The notes under the pieces are model-generated. The model saw only the letters and a list, made by a program, of their open reading frames with translations. It did not search any database and was not told the DNA's origin. A stretch of DNA of 64,000 nt from Macrostomum hystrix (Eukaryota; Animalia; Platyhelminthes): contig CATNEN010000001.1 of the NCBI GenBank assembly GCA_950097015.1, forward strand, positions 17,050,001 through 17,114,000, given 5' to 3'. Both the position numbers and the translations under genes were made by a program. Shown piece after piece: positions 45,101-59,700 of this stretch (position 1 is the first letter of the stretch; each line of letters opens with the position of its first letter).

Positions 45101-48100
45101 TTTGCTTGAGTGGATTGTCACTCCAGCCCCCCCAAATGTCTATGGCCTGTTGTTTGCTTGAGTGGATTGTCACTCCAGCTTCCCCAAATGTCTATGGCCT
45201 GTTGTTTGCTTGAGTGGATTGTCACTCCAGCTTCCCTAAATGTCTATGGCCTGTTGTTTGCCTGAGTGGATTGTCACTCCAGCCCCCCCAAATGTCTATG
45301 GCCTGTTGTTTGCTTGAGTGGATTGTCACTGCAGCCTCCCCCAAATGTCTATGGCCTGTTGTTTGCTTGAGTGGATTGTCACTCCAGCTCCCCCAAATGT
45401 ATATGGCCTGTTGTTTGCTTGAGTGGATTGTCACTCCAGCTTCCCCAAATGTCTATGGCCTGTTGTTTGCCTGAGTGGATTGTCACTCCAGCCCCCCCAA
45501 ATGTCTATGGCCTGTTGTTTGCTTGAGTGGATTGTAACTCCAGCTCCCCCAAATGTATATGGCCTGTTGTTTGCTTGAGTGGATTGTCACTCCAGCTTCC
45601 CCAAATGTCTATGGCCTGTTGTTTGCCTGAGTGGATTGTCACTCCAGCCCCCCCAAATGTCTATGGCCTGTTGTTTGCTTGAGTAGATTGTCACTCCAGC
45701 TCCCCCAAATGTCTATGGCCTGTTGTTTGCTTGAGTGGATTGTCACTCCAGCTCCCCCCAAATGTCTATGGCCTGTTGTTTACTTGAGTGGATTGTCACT
45801 CCAGCTCCCCCCAAATGTCTATGGCCTGTTGTTTGCTTGAGTGGATTGTCACTCCAGCTCCCCCAAATGTCTATGGCCTGTTGTTTGCTTGAGTGGATTG
45901 TCACTCCAGCTCCCCCCAAATGTCTATGGCCTGTTGTTTGCTTGAGTGGATTGTCACTCCAGCTCCCCCCAAATGTCTAAGGCCTGTTGTTTGCTTGAGT
46001 GGATTGTCACTCCAGCTCCCCCCAAATGTCTATGGCCTGTTGTTTACTTGAGTGGATTGTCACTCCAGCTCCCCCCAAATGTATATGGCCTGTTGTTTGC
46101 TTGAGTGGATTGTCACTCCAGCTCCCCCCCAAATGTCTATGGCCTGTTGTTTGCTTGAGTGGATTGTCACTGCAGCCTCCCCCAAATGTCTATGGCCTGT
46201 TGTTTGCTTGAGTGGATTGTCACTCTAGCTCCCCCCCAAATGTCTATGGCCTGTTGTTTGCTTGAGTGGATTGTCACTCCAGCCTCCCCCAAATGTCTAT
46301 GGCCTGTTGTTTGCTTGAGTGAATTGTCACTCCAGCTTCCCCAAATGTCTATGGCCTGTTGTTTGCCTGAGTGGATTGTCACTCCAGCTCCCCCAAATGT
46401 CTATGGCCTGTTGTTTGCTTGAGTGGATTGTCACTGCAGCCTCCCCCAAATGTCTATGGCCTGTTGTTTGCTTGAGTGGATTGTAACTCCAGCTCCCCCA
46501 AATGTATATGGCCTGTTGTTTGCTTGAGTGGATTGTCACTCCAGCTTCCCCAAATGTCTATGGCCTGTTGTTTGCCTGAGTGGATTGTCACTCCAGCCCC
46601 CCCAAATGTCTATGGCCTGTTGTTTGCTTGAGTAGATTGTCACTCCAGCTCCCCCAAATGTCTATGGCCTGTTGTTTGCTTGAGTGGATTGTCACTCCAG
46701 CTCCCCCCAAATGTCTATGGCCTGTTGTTTGCTTGAGTGGATTGTCACTCCAGCTCCCCCCAAATGTCTATGGCCTGTTGTTTGCTTGAGTGGATTGTCA
46801 CTGCAGCCTCCCCCAAATGTCTATGGCCTGTTGTTTGCTTGAGTGGATTGTCACTGCAGCCTCCCCCAAATGTCTATGGCCTGTTGTTTGCTTGAGTGGA
46901 TTGTCACTCCAGCTCCCCCAAATGTCTATGGCCTGTTGTTTGCTTGAGTGGATTGTCACTCCAGCTCCCCCAAATGTCTATGGCCTGTTGTTTGCTTGAG
47001 TGGATTGTCACTCCAGCTCCCCCCAAATGTCTATGGCCTGTTGTTTGCTTGAGTGGATTGTCACTCCAGCTCCCCCCAAATGTCTAAGGCCTGTTGTTTG
47101 CTTGAGTGGATTGTCACTCCAGCTCCCCCCAAATGTCTATGGCCTGTTGTTTACTTGAGTGGATTGTCACTCCAGCTCCCCCCAAATGTATATGGCCTGT
47201 TGTTTGCTTGAGTGGATTGTCACTCCAGCTCCCCCCCAAATGTCTATGGCCTGTTGTTTGCTTGAGTGGATTGTCACTGCAGCCTCCCCCAAATGTCTAT
47301 GGCCTGTTGTTTGCTTGAGTGGATTGTCACTCTAGCTCCCCCCCAAATGTCTATGGCCTGTTGTTTGCTTGAGTGGATTGTCACTCCAGCCTCCCCCAAA
47401 TGTCTATGGCCTGTTGTTTGCTTGAGTGAATTGTCACTCCAGCTTCCCCAAATGTCTATGGCCTGTTGTTTGCCTGAGTGGATTGTCACTCCAGCTCCCC
47501 CAAATGTCTATGGCCTGTTGTTTGCTTGAGTGGATTGTCACTGCAGCCTCCCCCAAATGTCTATGGCCTGTTGTTTGCTTGAGTGGATTGTAACTCCAGC
47601 TCCCCCAAATGTATATGGCCTGTTGTTTGCTTGAGTGGATTGTCACTCCAGCTTCCCCAAATGTCTATGGCCTGTTGTTTGCCTGAGTGGATTGTCACTC
47701 CAGCCCCCCCAAATGTCTATGGCCTGTTGTTTGCTTGAGTAGATTGTCACTCCAGCTCCCCCAAATGTCTATGGCCTGTTGTTTGCTTGAGTGGATTGTC
47801 ACTCCAGCTCCCCACAAATGTCTATGGCCTGTTGTTTGCTTGAGTGGATTGTCACTCCAGCTCCCCCCAAATGTCTATGGCCTGTTGTTTGCTTGAGTGG
47901 ATTGTCACTGCAGCCTCCCCCAAATGTCTATGGCCTGTTGTTTGCTTGAGTGGATTGTCACTGCAGCCTCCCCCAAATGTCTATGGCCTGTTGTTTGCTT
48001 GAGTGGATTGTCACTCCAGCTCCCCCAAATGTCTATGGCCTTTTGTTTGCAACAGCCCAACTTATCTCTAAGTACTCTCTTGTTTACACAGTGTCTGTCT

Positions 48101-49451
48101 TGCCGTGTAAGTTCACACTGCCTCAGTTGACCTATTAAATTGCTTACTCAAGCTAGCTTAATTTTCGATATTTTTGCGTGGGGTGAGAAATGACACGGAC
48201 AACTTCCGTACCTACAGTGAGTTGGCACTATGGATTCAATGCAAGTTCACATCGCTAGGTCATTGCTATGGAGTAAATAAACACAATCTAATTGCCTTAA
48301 CACGCAAAATGTGAATAGAATTTTCGTTTTCCTTTCGAGATTGCCCCTGCAGAAAAAAACGTGGTCTAAAAATGTAAGACAAGAAAGCTTTTTACAGTTT
48401 GCGCTCCACTTTGCGAAACGACGTATCGATTTCCATTAAGTGAAGTTTAGTAAGATCTTTCCTGTGCAGTCAGTTTCGATTTTAAAATCTTTTTTTCGTT
48501 CATGTGCATCACAACTTCTGTAACAAATGCTGACTTATCTGTCTAACAGGTGACTTTTCTGTCTAACAGGTGACTTTTCTGTCTAACAGGTGACTTTTCT
48601 GTCTAACAGGTGACTCTTCTGTCTTACAGGTGATTCAAACAGTACATAACTTACTGACAATTCCGAACGGATCCACCAGCAAGGTGATGCATAGGTCGGC
48701 GATCGCTAAATTCACAATAAAATAATTGCCAATTTGTCTCAGCGACTGAAAAAATGTAAATTTGAGTCCTTTTAGTAATTTTTATTTTCTACAATATTCT
48801 ATATCTCTGCCGAGGTAATAAAATCTTGCTCACCTTCTTTAGCAGAATGGTGACAATCACAAGTACGTTGCCAAGGCTGCCAATGACGGTGCCCACTGAT
48901 AGGATCAGCAGGGCAGGATACGTCACTTCTGCGACAACGTGGGTTGGTTTTAAGCGAGCTGTCAGCGTTACGCCAAAAATAATTTCAAAGCCATTACAGC
49001 ATTTTTCAATTTTTCGTTTTAAGGCCGCGCTGTGTTTCGATTGGTTCCTTCAAGGTCATTACGCACTGCACTCGTGGAGCCAGCACGCCCACTCCCGATT
49101 GGAAATTTCAAGGTCATGCCGCCCTCCCTAATTCGATCTCTCAAGGCCATCAAATCAACTCCCTGATTGGTTCCTTCAAGGTCATCACGCACTGCACTCG
49201 TGAATGAAGCACGCCCTCTCCAGATTGGAAATTTCAAGGTCATCATGAGGGTATCAAAAACTTTCAAGGTCATCCCGCCCTCCCTAATTGGATCTTTCAG
49301 GGCCATCAAACCAACTCTCTGATTGGTTTCTTCAAGGTCATCACACCTTCGCCACCGCCCAACATCAAAGGAATAATTATTTACCTGGCACAACGTGCAG
49401 CAGACTTCCAGTAGTAAAATTATAAGGAACTGATAAGCCGGCGATATCCAT
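42199..49451 (-). CDS. Melatonin-receptor-like class A GPCR, copy 2. Exons 49451-49385, 48928-48834, 48745-48655, 43151-42199
   Basis: MDIAGLSVPYNFTTGSLLHVVP / EVTYPALLILSVGTVIGSLGNVLVIV / NLAIADLC / NRYIHICH. Same exon phases as copy 1. Confidence 0.85.
43200..43530 (+). mobile_element. SINE family 1, copy C
   Basis: A-box-like GTGGCAGAGCGG, B-box-like GAGCTCGATTCC, shared body and tail. Confidence 0.85.
44176..44325 (-). repeat. 15-bp minisatellite (GGGAGAGATGAGATT), inverse of the 36457/39260 family
   Basis: Reverse complement of AATCTCATCTCTCCC. Confidence 0.88.
44898..48050. repeat. 52-53-bp minisatellite, about 60 units, with a 1107-bp higher-order duplication
   Basis: Identical ORFs recur at an offset of 1107 (45999/47106, 46159/47266). 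Confidence 0.93.
48535..48633. repeat. 20-bp minisatellite (CTGTCTAACAGGTGACTTTT)
   Basis: About five units; same family as 52415 and 53345. Confidence 0.85.
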
Positions 49452-49994
49452 TAGCCTCTTTATCGTATGTGGCGCTTGTAACAGGTGACAACGTCTATCT
49501 GTTGGTGGTTGGAATCGAAAATCGCCTTTTCTGATTCGAGTCCACTTCGAGTTTTAAAAAATCTGGGCTTCCTTATGCACCCCCTTCGACTTCCTACTGG
49601 ATTGGCTGTAGATGAGGATTGGGATAGACATTTAGGAATGAGGAGAGACAGGCGTACGAACATCCCTTGTGCTGGTGCATCGCTCGCGTTGAGGAGGATG
49701 ACTCGACGGGACAGGCCTGTATTGCTGCAGACTGCTCAATCAGATAAGGCTAATTATTTATGGCAAACTCCAGCGATGCGGTAAAGAACACGAGTTTTGT
49801 ACCGATTTGGCCACAGCTTTGATGGCTCTGAATATAGCTATGCTGTACTGTAGTGTACTGTTGTGTTGTACTCTAGTAAAGGGTTTGTTGAAACTTTTCT
49901 AGAGATTTTTGTCTACATGTCTTGTCTTCCAAAGCCAGCGGAGTTTTAAGCCAGAATAAAACGAATTCTTGAGCAATAACTAGAGATTAAGAAG

Positions 49995-50225
49995 AGGGAG
50001 AGAATGGGAGGGTGAGAATGGGAGGGAGAGGATTAGAGTGAGAGAATGGGAGGGAGAGAATGGGAGTGAGAGAATGGGAGGGAGAGGATTAGAGTGAGAG
50101 AATGGGAGGGAGAGAATGGGAGGGAGAGAATGGGAGTGAGAGAATGGCAGGGAGAGGATTAGAGTGAGAGAATGGGAGGGAGAGAATGAGAGGTAGAGAA
50201 CGGGAGAGAGGGAATGAGAGTGAGA
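49995..50225. repeat. GA-rich degenerate repeat (GAGAATGGGAGG)
   Basis: Visible tandem units. Confidence 0.8.
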
Positions 50226-51012
50226 AAAGGATTTTAGGATAAGAAGGTCTGCCGACGCTCTCACAGAAACAAAATATCTGCTGACGGTTTCATTGAAACA
50301 AAATGTCGGTCTCACGTCGGTCTGACGGTCTCACTGAAACAAAATGTCTGCTGACAAAAACAGAAAGAGTCAGTTGTCAATTTGACTGATTGCAGAATAA
50401 TCCCTTTGTCTGTTGAGCAGACATTCCATATTTTATTGGCGATATATTTAACAGTTAATAAATTTTAATCAGACCGGATCAAACCGAAAATGTGTGCATT
50501 CGACACAAAACGAGAACGAATTCGTTTTTGTTAAATTGATTTCCAGCCAGACGGCCCTTTTAAAAGACGAATGATTAAAAAAGCAAAAGTGCATTAATTA
50601 TATAATGAAATATATAATGGAGGATAATGAAGCTGTCATAAAGATGTCATGAAAGCAGAGTGTGTCTCAAGATTCGCCCTGAGGTCGTCGGGTTTGTTGT
50701 CGCCGGGTATCAGTTAAGGTTTTTCAGCGTCGCCTAATTGCCTAAAAAGGGCTTTTTTTGTCAAAATGTCTGCCCTTAGGAGGTTTAAGTGAAAACAATT
50801 TCATAGAATATAATAATATCTTGCTGCTCACATACTTAGTTACTTACGAGTAATTACCGGATGAACTTAAGTAGGAACTTGAGCTTGTCGGAAACAACAT
50901 GTAATCAGTTGAGCTGCGATGCCATTTGGCTTTTTAACATTGCAATTTTCTATGCGAAAATTCCATTTTCGAAAACAACGAAACAGCCATTCTTTGAAGT
51001 GCTGGTTTCAAT

Positions 51013-51707
<695 letters not shown>

Positions 51708-52010
51708 GCAGAGGTTGTAGCCTAGTGGTTAGGGCGTCGGACTCACGACTTGAAGGTCGGGGGTTCGATTCCCGACTCCACTGGAAAAATTTGCGTCCTT
51801 TAGCAAGACACTTAACTCTGCATTGCTTCAGTTCACCCAGCTGTTAAATGGGTACCAGCATCAGCTGGGATAATTGAAGGTGGGTGTGGCGTCCCCCCAG
51901 TCCGTGGTCTGAACAGCTGTACGCAGCCTTCAGATGCGCCGCGCATTAGCTGCGGCTGTGCTGTCGGCTGCACATCTGACCCAATTGGGGCAGGTGTAAT
52001 CAATTCAATT
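51708..52010 (+). mobile_element. tRNA-derived CORE-type SINE, family 2
   Basis: tRNA-like head with A box TAGCCTAGTGG and B box GGTTCGATTCC, CORE-like GTCCTTTAGCAAGACACTTAACTCT..CACCCAGCTGTTAAATGGGTACC, flanked by (TATC)n on both sides. Confidence 0.8.
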
Positions 52011-52414
52011 ATCTATCTATCTATCAGCATTCAGCTAAAGTACATTGGAAGTCGCACTGAGTTTTGAGGATCAGACAATCGATTCTGTCAGACAAAAGAA
52101 TCCTGAATAAGGATTTCGTCCCATTTACAAATGCCGATGTATCAACGTCACCCCCTAAGGCGGAAGAAATTGGTTGCCATGGAAACCTAACTGAATGGCT
52201 CTAGTAATAGGTCTGAGCTCGGCAGTGGATTATCTACGGCTTAGAAGCTCCCAGTGCGAATTTTTCTTAACGGAAATTTGAATTCCAATATTCTTACAAA
52301 GGATCTAATCAAAGACTAAATTAATTATTTTATTGTTTACCTGGTCACGTCTAGTTAATTATTGTCCCGACTAGAACTCATTTTCAGTCCGACACAACTG
52401 TTTACAAACACCTG

Positions 52415-53060
52415 GCTTCTGTCTAACCGGTCAGTCTTCTGTCTAACAGGTGACTCTACTGTCTAACAGGTTACTCTTCTGTCTAACAGGTTACTCTACT
52501 GTCTAACAGGTGACTCTTCTGTCTAACAGGTGACTTTTCTCTCTAACAGGTCAGTCTTCTGTCTAACAGGTGACTCTACTGTCTAACAGGTGACTCTACT
52601 GTCTAACAGGTGACTCTACTGTCTAACAGGTGACTCTACTGTCTAACAGGTAACTCTACTGTCTAACAGGGGACTTTTCTCTCTAACAGGTCAGTCTTCT
52701 GTCTAACAGGTGAGTTTCCTGTCTAACATGTGAGTTTCCTGTCTAACAGGTGAGTTTCCTGTCTAACAGGTAAGTATTCCGTCGAACAGGTGACTCTTCT
52801 GTCTAACAGGTGACTTTCCTGTCTAACAGGTCACTCTACTGTCTAACAGATCACACTACTGCTTACCGGTGACTCTTCTGTCTAACAGGTGACTCTTCTG
52901 TCTAACCGGTCAGTCTTCTGTCTAACAGGTGACTTTCCTGTCTAACATGTGAGTTTCCTGTCTAACAGATCACACTACTGCTTACAGGTGACTATACTGT
53001 CTAACCGGTGACTTTTCTCTCTAACAAGTCACTCTTCCGTCTAACTCTGCTATCTAACAG
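52415..53060. repeat. 20-bp minisatellite (CTGTCTAACAGGTGACTCTA)
   Basis: Visible tandem units. Confidence 0.9.
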
Positions 53061-53344
53061 TTTTAGGTCGTTGATGAAAGGAAAAAGGTATTTCTGTTTT
53101 AAGGAACACTATGAGGACATAATTGTTTGTTTCTAAGGCACATATATTGTACATTCTTTATAAAGTAGTTAGTTAGCGTATTTTTATAAAGCAAGTCAAC
53201 GAAACAACTTCCTTGATTATTTATATTACTGTAGATTCAGATTAAAAAACGAAAGTATTTTACAAGAGACAAGCGTCAAGTATGAAAATTGCCATAGACT
53301 CAGTTGCGTAATGATTCAAATCATAAATACAGAGCAAAGGCACG

Positions 53345-53695
53345 TCCTGTCTAACAGTTGAACACCCTGTCTAACAGGTGAACACCCTGTCTAACAGGTA
53401 AGCACCCTGTCTAACAGGTAAGCACCCTGTCTAACAGGTGAACATCCTGTCTAACAGGTGAACACTCTGTCTAACAGGTGAACATCCTGTCTAACAGGTG
53501 AACACCCTGTCTAACAGGTGAACATCCTGTCTTACAGGTGAACACCCAGTCTAACAGGTGAACACCCTGTCTAACAGGTGAACACCCTTTCTAACAGGTG
53601 AACACCCTGTCTAACAGGTGAACACCCTTTCTAACAGGTGAACACCCAGTCTAACAGGTGAACACCCTGTCTAACAGGTGAACACCCTGTCTAAA
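53345..53695. repeat. 20-bp minisatellite (CTGTCTAACAGGTGAACACC) just 3' of the CCDC157 stop codon
   Basis: Tandem units start about 30 nt after the stop on the minus strand. Confidence 0.9.
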
Positions 53696-53726
53696 GGCGA
53701 ACAAGCCAGCCAGAATCGAACCAGAA

Positions 53727-56700
53727 TCAGGTCTTGCCGGAGCAGTAGTTTCTATGCATAGCCAGGTCGCTTTTCAGTTTGAACGGCTTGTTGCACTTGG
53801 CGCACGGGTACACAATCTCTTTCCTCGGCGAGGCGGACCAGGCCAAAGCCGTCGGACCAGTTGAAGAACTCGCCGATGCCTGCTGACCTGCGGCCTTCGA
53901 CCGTCGATAGGCTTGCAGCGCGGCGGCTGAGCTGTTGACGCTGCCGACGCCACTGCCGGAGGCTGCCGACGATGGTCGGCCAGCGCTTCCACTGCGCTTG
54001 GAAGAATCCGTCGGCTTTGGAGGCCTTGACTGCTGCTGCTGCTGCTGTTGCTGCAGCTGCCACAATGGCACCGGGTCGGAAATTCTGCGCGCCGACTGAC
54101 GTGAACCGAACGGCTGCTGCTGCTGAGTCGATGATGAGTCTGAGTCGCTAGAAATTCAAGTGAGAATGAGTGCACTCAGTATTCCCCATCAACTCGAAGA
54201 AGTCGGGATTCCCCAGAAAATCAAAGAACTTGGGATTCCCCATTAAATCAAACAACTTGGGATTCCCCAGAAAATCAAAGAACTTGGGATTCCCCATCAA
54301 ATCAAAGAACTTGGGATTCCGCATCAAATCAAAGAACTTGGGATTCCCCATATGATCTAAAAACTCGGGATTCCCCATCAAATCAAAGAACTTTGGATTC
54401 CCCAGAAAATCAAAGAACTTGGAATTCCCCAGAAAATCAAAGAACTTGGGATTCCCCAGAAAATCAAAGAACTTGGGATTCCCCAGAAAATCAAAGAACT
54501 TGGGATTCCCCAGAAAATCAAAGAACTTGGGATTCCCCAGAAAATCAAAGAACTTGGGATTCCCCAGAAAATCAAAGAACTTGGGATTCCCCAGAAAATC
54601 AAAGAACTTGGGATTCCCCAATAGATCTAAAAACTCGGGATTCCCCAGTAAATTTAAGAACTCGGGTGTTCCCATTTAATATGAGAACTTAGGATTCTCA
54701 ATCAAATTAAAAAACTCTGGATCCTCATCAAGCCTAAAAACTCGGGATTCGCCGTCAGGTCTGAAAACTCGGCAGTCCCCATTAAGTCTAAAAACCTGGG
54801 AATGCCCATGGTATCTAAAAAACTGTAGATTCCCGACCAAACCTGAGAACTTAGAGAATCGGAATTCGCCACAAACCTCTTGTTTTCCTCATCACTCGGA
54901 ACTGGCTGCTGCTGCTGCTGCTGCTGTTGTTGCTGGTTCTGCCACGCCTGTTGTCGAGTAGACATCGCTGCCGTTGGACCAGGCGGTGGTCTCCCAGCGA
55001 TCTGCAGGTGTGAACTGATCGGCGGCAGGTGGATCGCCGATTCTTCCGGCTCCGGAGCCTCCGACGATGGGGCCAGATCGCCGACGCCGCGGCCGACGCG
55101 ATCCAAAGCTCGCCTCATGTTGTCAGTCTGCTCTCTGAGCAGCCGGATTCTGGTCTCATTAGCGGACACTTGCTGTTGCATGTCCAGCAGCGGATCACCT
55201 GTGCCTGATGGATGGATTTTGGGGAAGAATGTTTCGCGAGTGCGAAGGGATTAACGCTCGCTGAGTCGATAACGTGATTGCAAAGAAATCTTAATCCATT
55301 CAGCGGGTGGACACGTCTCAAAGTGACACACCCGAAGAAACTAACTTCCTGCAGATAATGGATTTGCGAGAAAAAATGCATCATGAGAAAATTATAGGAG
55401 ATGGACTCATTAAAAGTGAAAATACTACGGAGGAGTTTAAAAGTTCTCACATTTTCCTTTTTTCTCCTAAATGCTCAACCAATAACCATGAAAATCCTGA
55501 ACGGAGCCTAAAATTCTCAGCTCCGTTCTAATGTTATCTAATTCTACTAGATCTAGTCTCATGCCATCTAATTCTACTAGATCTAGTCTCATGCCATCTA
55601 ATTCTACTAGATCTAGTCTCATGCCATCTAATTCTACTAGATCCAGTCTCATGCCATCTAATTCTACTAGATCCAGTCTCACGCAATCTAATTCTACTAG
55701 ATCCAGTCTCACGCAATCGAATTCTACTAGATCTAGTCTCATGCCATCTAATTCTACTAGATCTAGTCTCACGCAATCGAATTCTACTAGATCTAGTCTC
55801 ATGCCATCTAATTCTACTAGATCTAGTCTCACGCAATCTAATTCTACTAGATCTAGTCTCATGCCATCTAATTCTACTAGATCTAGTCATCTAATTCTAC
55901 TAGATCCAGTATCATGCCATCTAATTCTACTAGATCTAGTCTCATGCCATCTAATTCTACTAGATCCAGTCTCATGCGATCTAATTCTACTAGATCTAGT
56001 CTCATGCCATCTAATTCTACTAGATCTAGTCATCTAATTCTACTAGATCCAGTCTCATGCCATCTAATTCTACTAGATCTAGTCTCATGCGATCTAATTC
56101 TACTAGATCCAGTCTCATGCCATCTAATTCTACTAGATCTAGTCTCATGCGATCTAATTCTACTAGATCCAGTCTCATGCGATCTAATTCTACTAGATCT
56201 AGTCTCATGCCATCTAATTCTACTAGATCTAGTCTCATGCGATCTAATTCTACTAGATCTAGTCTCATGCGATCTAATTCTACTAGATCTAGTCTCATGC
56301 CATCTAATTCTACTAGATCCAGTCTCATGCCATCTAATTCTACTAGATCCAGTCTCATGCCAGCTAATTCTACTAGATCTAGTCTCATGCCATCTAATTC
56401 TACTAGATCTAGTCTTCTGCCATCTAATTCTATTAGATCTAGTCTCATGCCATCTAATTCTACTAGATCTAGTCTTCTGCCATCTAATTCTATTAGATCT
56501 AGTCTCACGCAATCGAATTCTACTAGATCTAGTCATCTAATTCTACTAGATCTAGTCTCATGCCATCTAATTCTACTAGATCTAGTCTCATGCCATCTAA
56601 TTCTACTAGATCTAGTCTGATGCGATCTAATTCTACTAGATCTAGTCTGATGCGATCTAATTCTACTAGATCTAGTCTCATGCAATCTAATTCTACTAGA

Positions 56701-59700
56701 TCTAGTCTCATGCCATCTGATTCTACTAGATCTAGTCTCATGCCATCTAATTCTACTAGATCTAGTCTGATGCGATCTAATTTTACTAGATCCAGTCCTA
56801 ATTCAAATTTTAGATCTAGTTTTTTACGCTAAATGCACTTTATATGAAATTAAACTGAAAATAGAATTTTACGAAACGCATTCCGTATATTTTAATCGAA
56901 TGGCTTAAGATTTCATGATGGAGATAGAGATAGAGACAGAGATAGATATAGAGATAGAGTTGAGATTGAGATAGAGATCTTAGATGAGGTAGATTGACAA
57001 AGTGATAGCCAGCCGAACTAACCTTCAAGATCCTGATTGATCGGCCCGTTCAGATCTGGGTACTCGATGAGGACTCGCTTCTCATCCTCGCTCTTCTGCA
57101 GCGCAGTCTGCAGGTCGGACACCTGTGCTCTGAGTCGCTGTACCGACAGTGTGAGCATGTCCTGCGCCTCCGTGAGCGACTTAACGAGCAGCTGAGTTCG
57201 GGGAGTTCAGGATGCTGATGGCTTTGGGGGTGGTTTCACACCGCACTTTTCTACTCTCACAATCTACTTTCGTCTCGCTCTCCCCTCTTATCTCATTCCG
57301 CTCTAATATATTCTCATCTCACCCAACTTTAATCTCGACATCTCTAATCTCACCCTCTCTAATCTCATTCCTCTCTACTCTCATCCCTCTCTAATCTCAT
57401 TCCTCTCTAATCTCATCCCTCCCTAATCTCAACCCTCCATAGTCTCACCCTCTCAAATCTCACTCTCTCTAATCTCACCCTCTCTAATCTCACCCTATCT
57501 AATCTCAACCTCTCTAATCTCACCCTCTCTAATCTCACCCTATCTGATCTCACCCTCTCTAATCTCACACTCTCTCATCTCACCCTATCTAATCTCACCC
57601 TCTCTCATCTCACCCTCTCTCATCTCACCCTCTCTCATCTCACCCTCTCTAATCTCACCCTATCTAATCTCACCCTCTCGAATCTCACCCTCTCTAATCT
57701 CACCGTCTCTAATCTCATGCCACTCTAATCTCATCCCTCTCTAATCTCATCCCTCTCTAATCTCACACTCGCTAATCTCACCCTATCTAATCTCACCCTC
57801 TCGAATCTCACCCTCTCTAATCTCATCCCTCTCTAATCTCATCCCTCCCTTATCCCACCCTCTCTAATCTAACTCTCTCTAATCTCATGCCACTCTAATC
57901 TCACTCCTGTCTAATCTCACCCTTCACCACCATCGCCGTCACTCACTTCCGCCTCCTGGGCCTGCATCCTAGAAGCAACAAGTTGTTTATCCACATCCTT
58001 GCCCGAATCCCGGTGATTGTCTTTGTATTCTTCCAACTCGTCCAGCTGCTCCTTGAGCTGCTCATTCTCGGCTGACAATTCGGCCGCCCGGTTGGCGGTC
58101 ACGCGGTGCTTGGCACGCAGAGTCTCATTCTGGCGGGCCAGGTTGCTGCAGCGGGTGTTCGCGGCTTCTGTCTCCTCCTTGGCTCTGGTCAGCTGATCGG
58201 TTAGGTCAGTGAGCTGCCGACCAATTGAACACACAGCTTGTTCCAGGTCTTCCACTCCGAGATCGGCTCTGTTGCTCACCTGTGTGAGCTTATCTTTCAC
58301 GCGATCTGGGTAGCGAAATTGGAGACAAATTATGAAACATTTGCAACACACTACTTAGTTGCTATGAAAGGTTACAAGGCATGATTGAAAAATAGCTTAA
58401 ACAGTGATTTTTCTGCAGTCGCAACTTTCCCTCGTATCTGCACTTTACACGGGTTAACTTTATTTTCTTACCGTCTCCCTGCTCGGTGATTGGTCATTCT
58501 GTTATTATCTCTCCCCCCTCTCTCTCTCTCGTGTCCAATCGTGTTTTGCGTGGCCCACCATTTCATCTCTTACCCTCATCTCATGCCGGCTCGTCCTCAC
58601 TTATCTTACCCGCCAACCCCTTCTTATCTCGTGTTACTTAAATACAAGTACATTGACTTGCTGTCTTAACAGGTGAAAGACAACTCTATTTTTTATCCTG
58701 CGGAAAGACCTACTTCACGATACCATGAATGATCCTCACCCAGCAGTGCTATGAGTCTCTCCTGCTGAGCAATGTTCCTCCTGGCTGACTCAATGTCATC
58801 AGTCAGCTGTTGTTTGCTGGCCTCCAACGCCTTGTTGGCCGCCTTGAGCTGCTGAACAGCGGCCTCCTGCTCCTTGACCAGCTTGCTCAGCTTCGTCTCC
58901 AATTCGCGCCTCGAGTTGGCCGCCTTCAGAGCGTCCGCGGTTCGCTCCCGATCGAAATCGGAGATTTGAGATTTGGCCTGATCCAATGCGCTGCTGAGTT
59001 CTGCGTTTTGCCGTTTCAACTGGGTGTTGGTTTCTGCTACCTGCGTTGGAAAACAAACAAATACTCTAGCATGGTCTCAAAGAAAATGTGTTATCATCGC
59101 TTCAAGCTTCCTGAACATTCGGACTGCCAAGCCATTTTGCCGCCCGTTTTTATTCCATGGGGGTTTTGGCAGAGCCCGAATGCTAACAGCGTTCGGTGGT
59201 GACTGATTGGTTGACAGACTAGGCGATGGTGTCCTGTGGTTGAGCTGCGCCTAAAATTTAGGCGACAGGGTGTCCATAGTGGCCAATTTCTACCTGTTGT
59301 AGTCCTTGAAGGTCCAGCAGTCCGTCTAGATAAAGGTCGGTGACCGCCGAGGACGGAGATGATGCAGGCACATTCGGGTGACATCCTGATAAATGCTGAC
59401 GATGAGAAAGTCAGGGCACCTGTGAGTGTGTGCTCAGGAGTCAGCGAAATGGGCAGAATTGCCTCCTCGCTGGCTGCGGGTCTAGTGTCACCAAATGATG
59501 TACCATTGCCCGCAGCCCTCCTGCAATTATTATCATTATTATTATCTCACCTGGCTGAAGTGTTTCGCCAGCCTGTTGGCGTCCTTCTCCAGTTCCACGC
59601 TCCATCGGACTAAGTCCCCAGCCGCCAGCCAGTCGCTGTCGAGATTGCCAGCAGCCGCCAATTGCTGAGATCGGTAGATCTTCAACGACGATGGCAGGCG

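Noticed and set aside
51711-51782. tRNA-Val(CAC) gene
   Set aside because: The anticodon stem is imperfect and the sequence runs on into a CORE-like body with no T-run terminator, so it is a SINE head.
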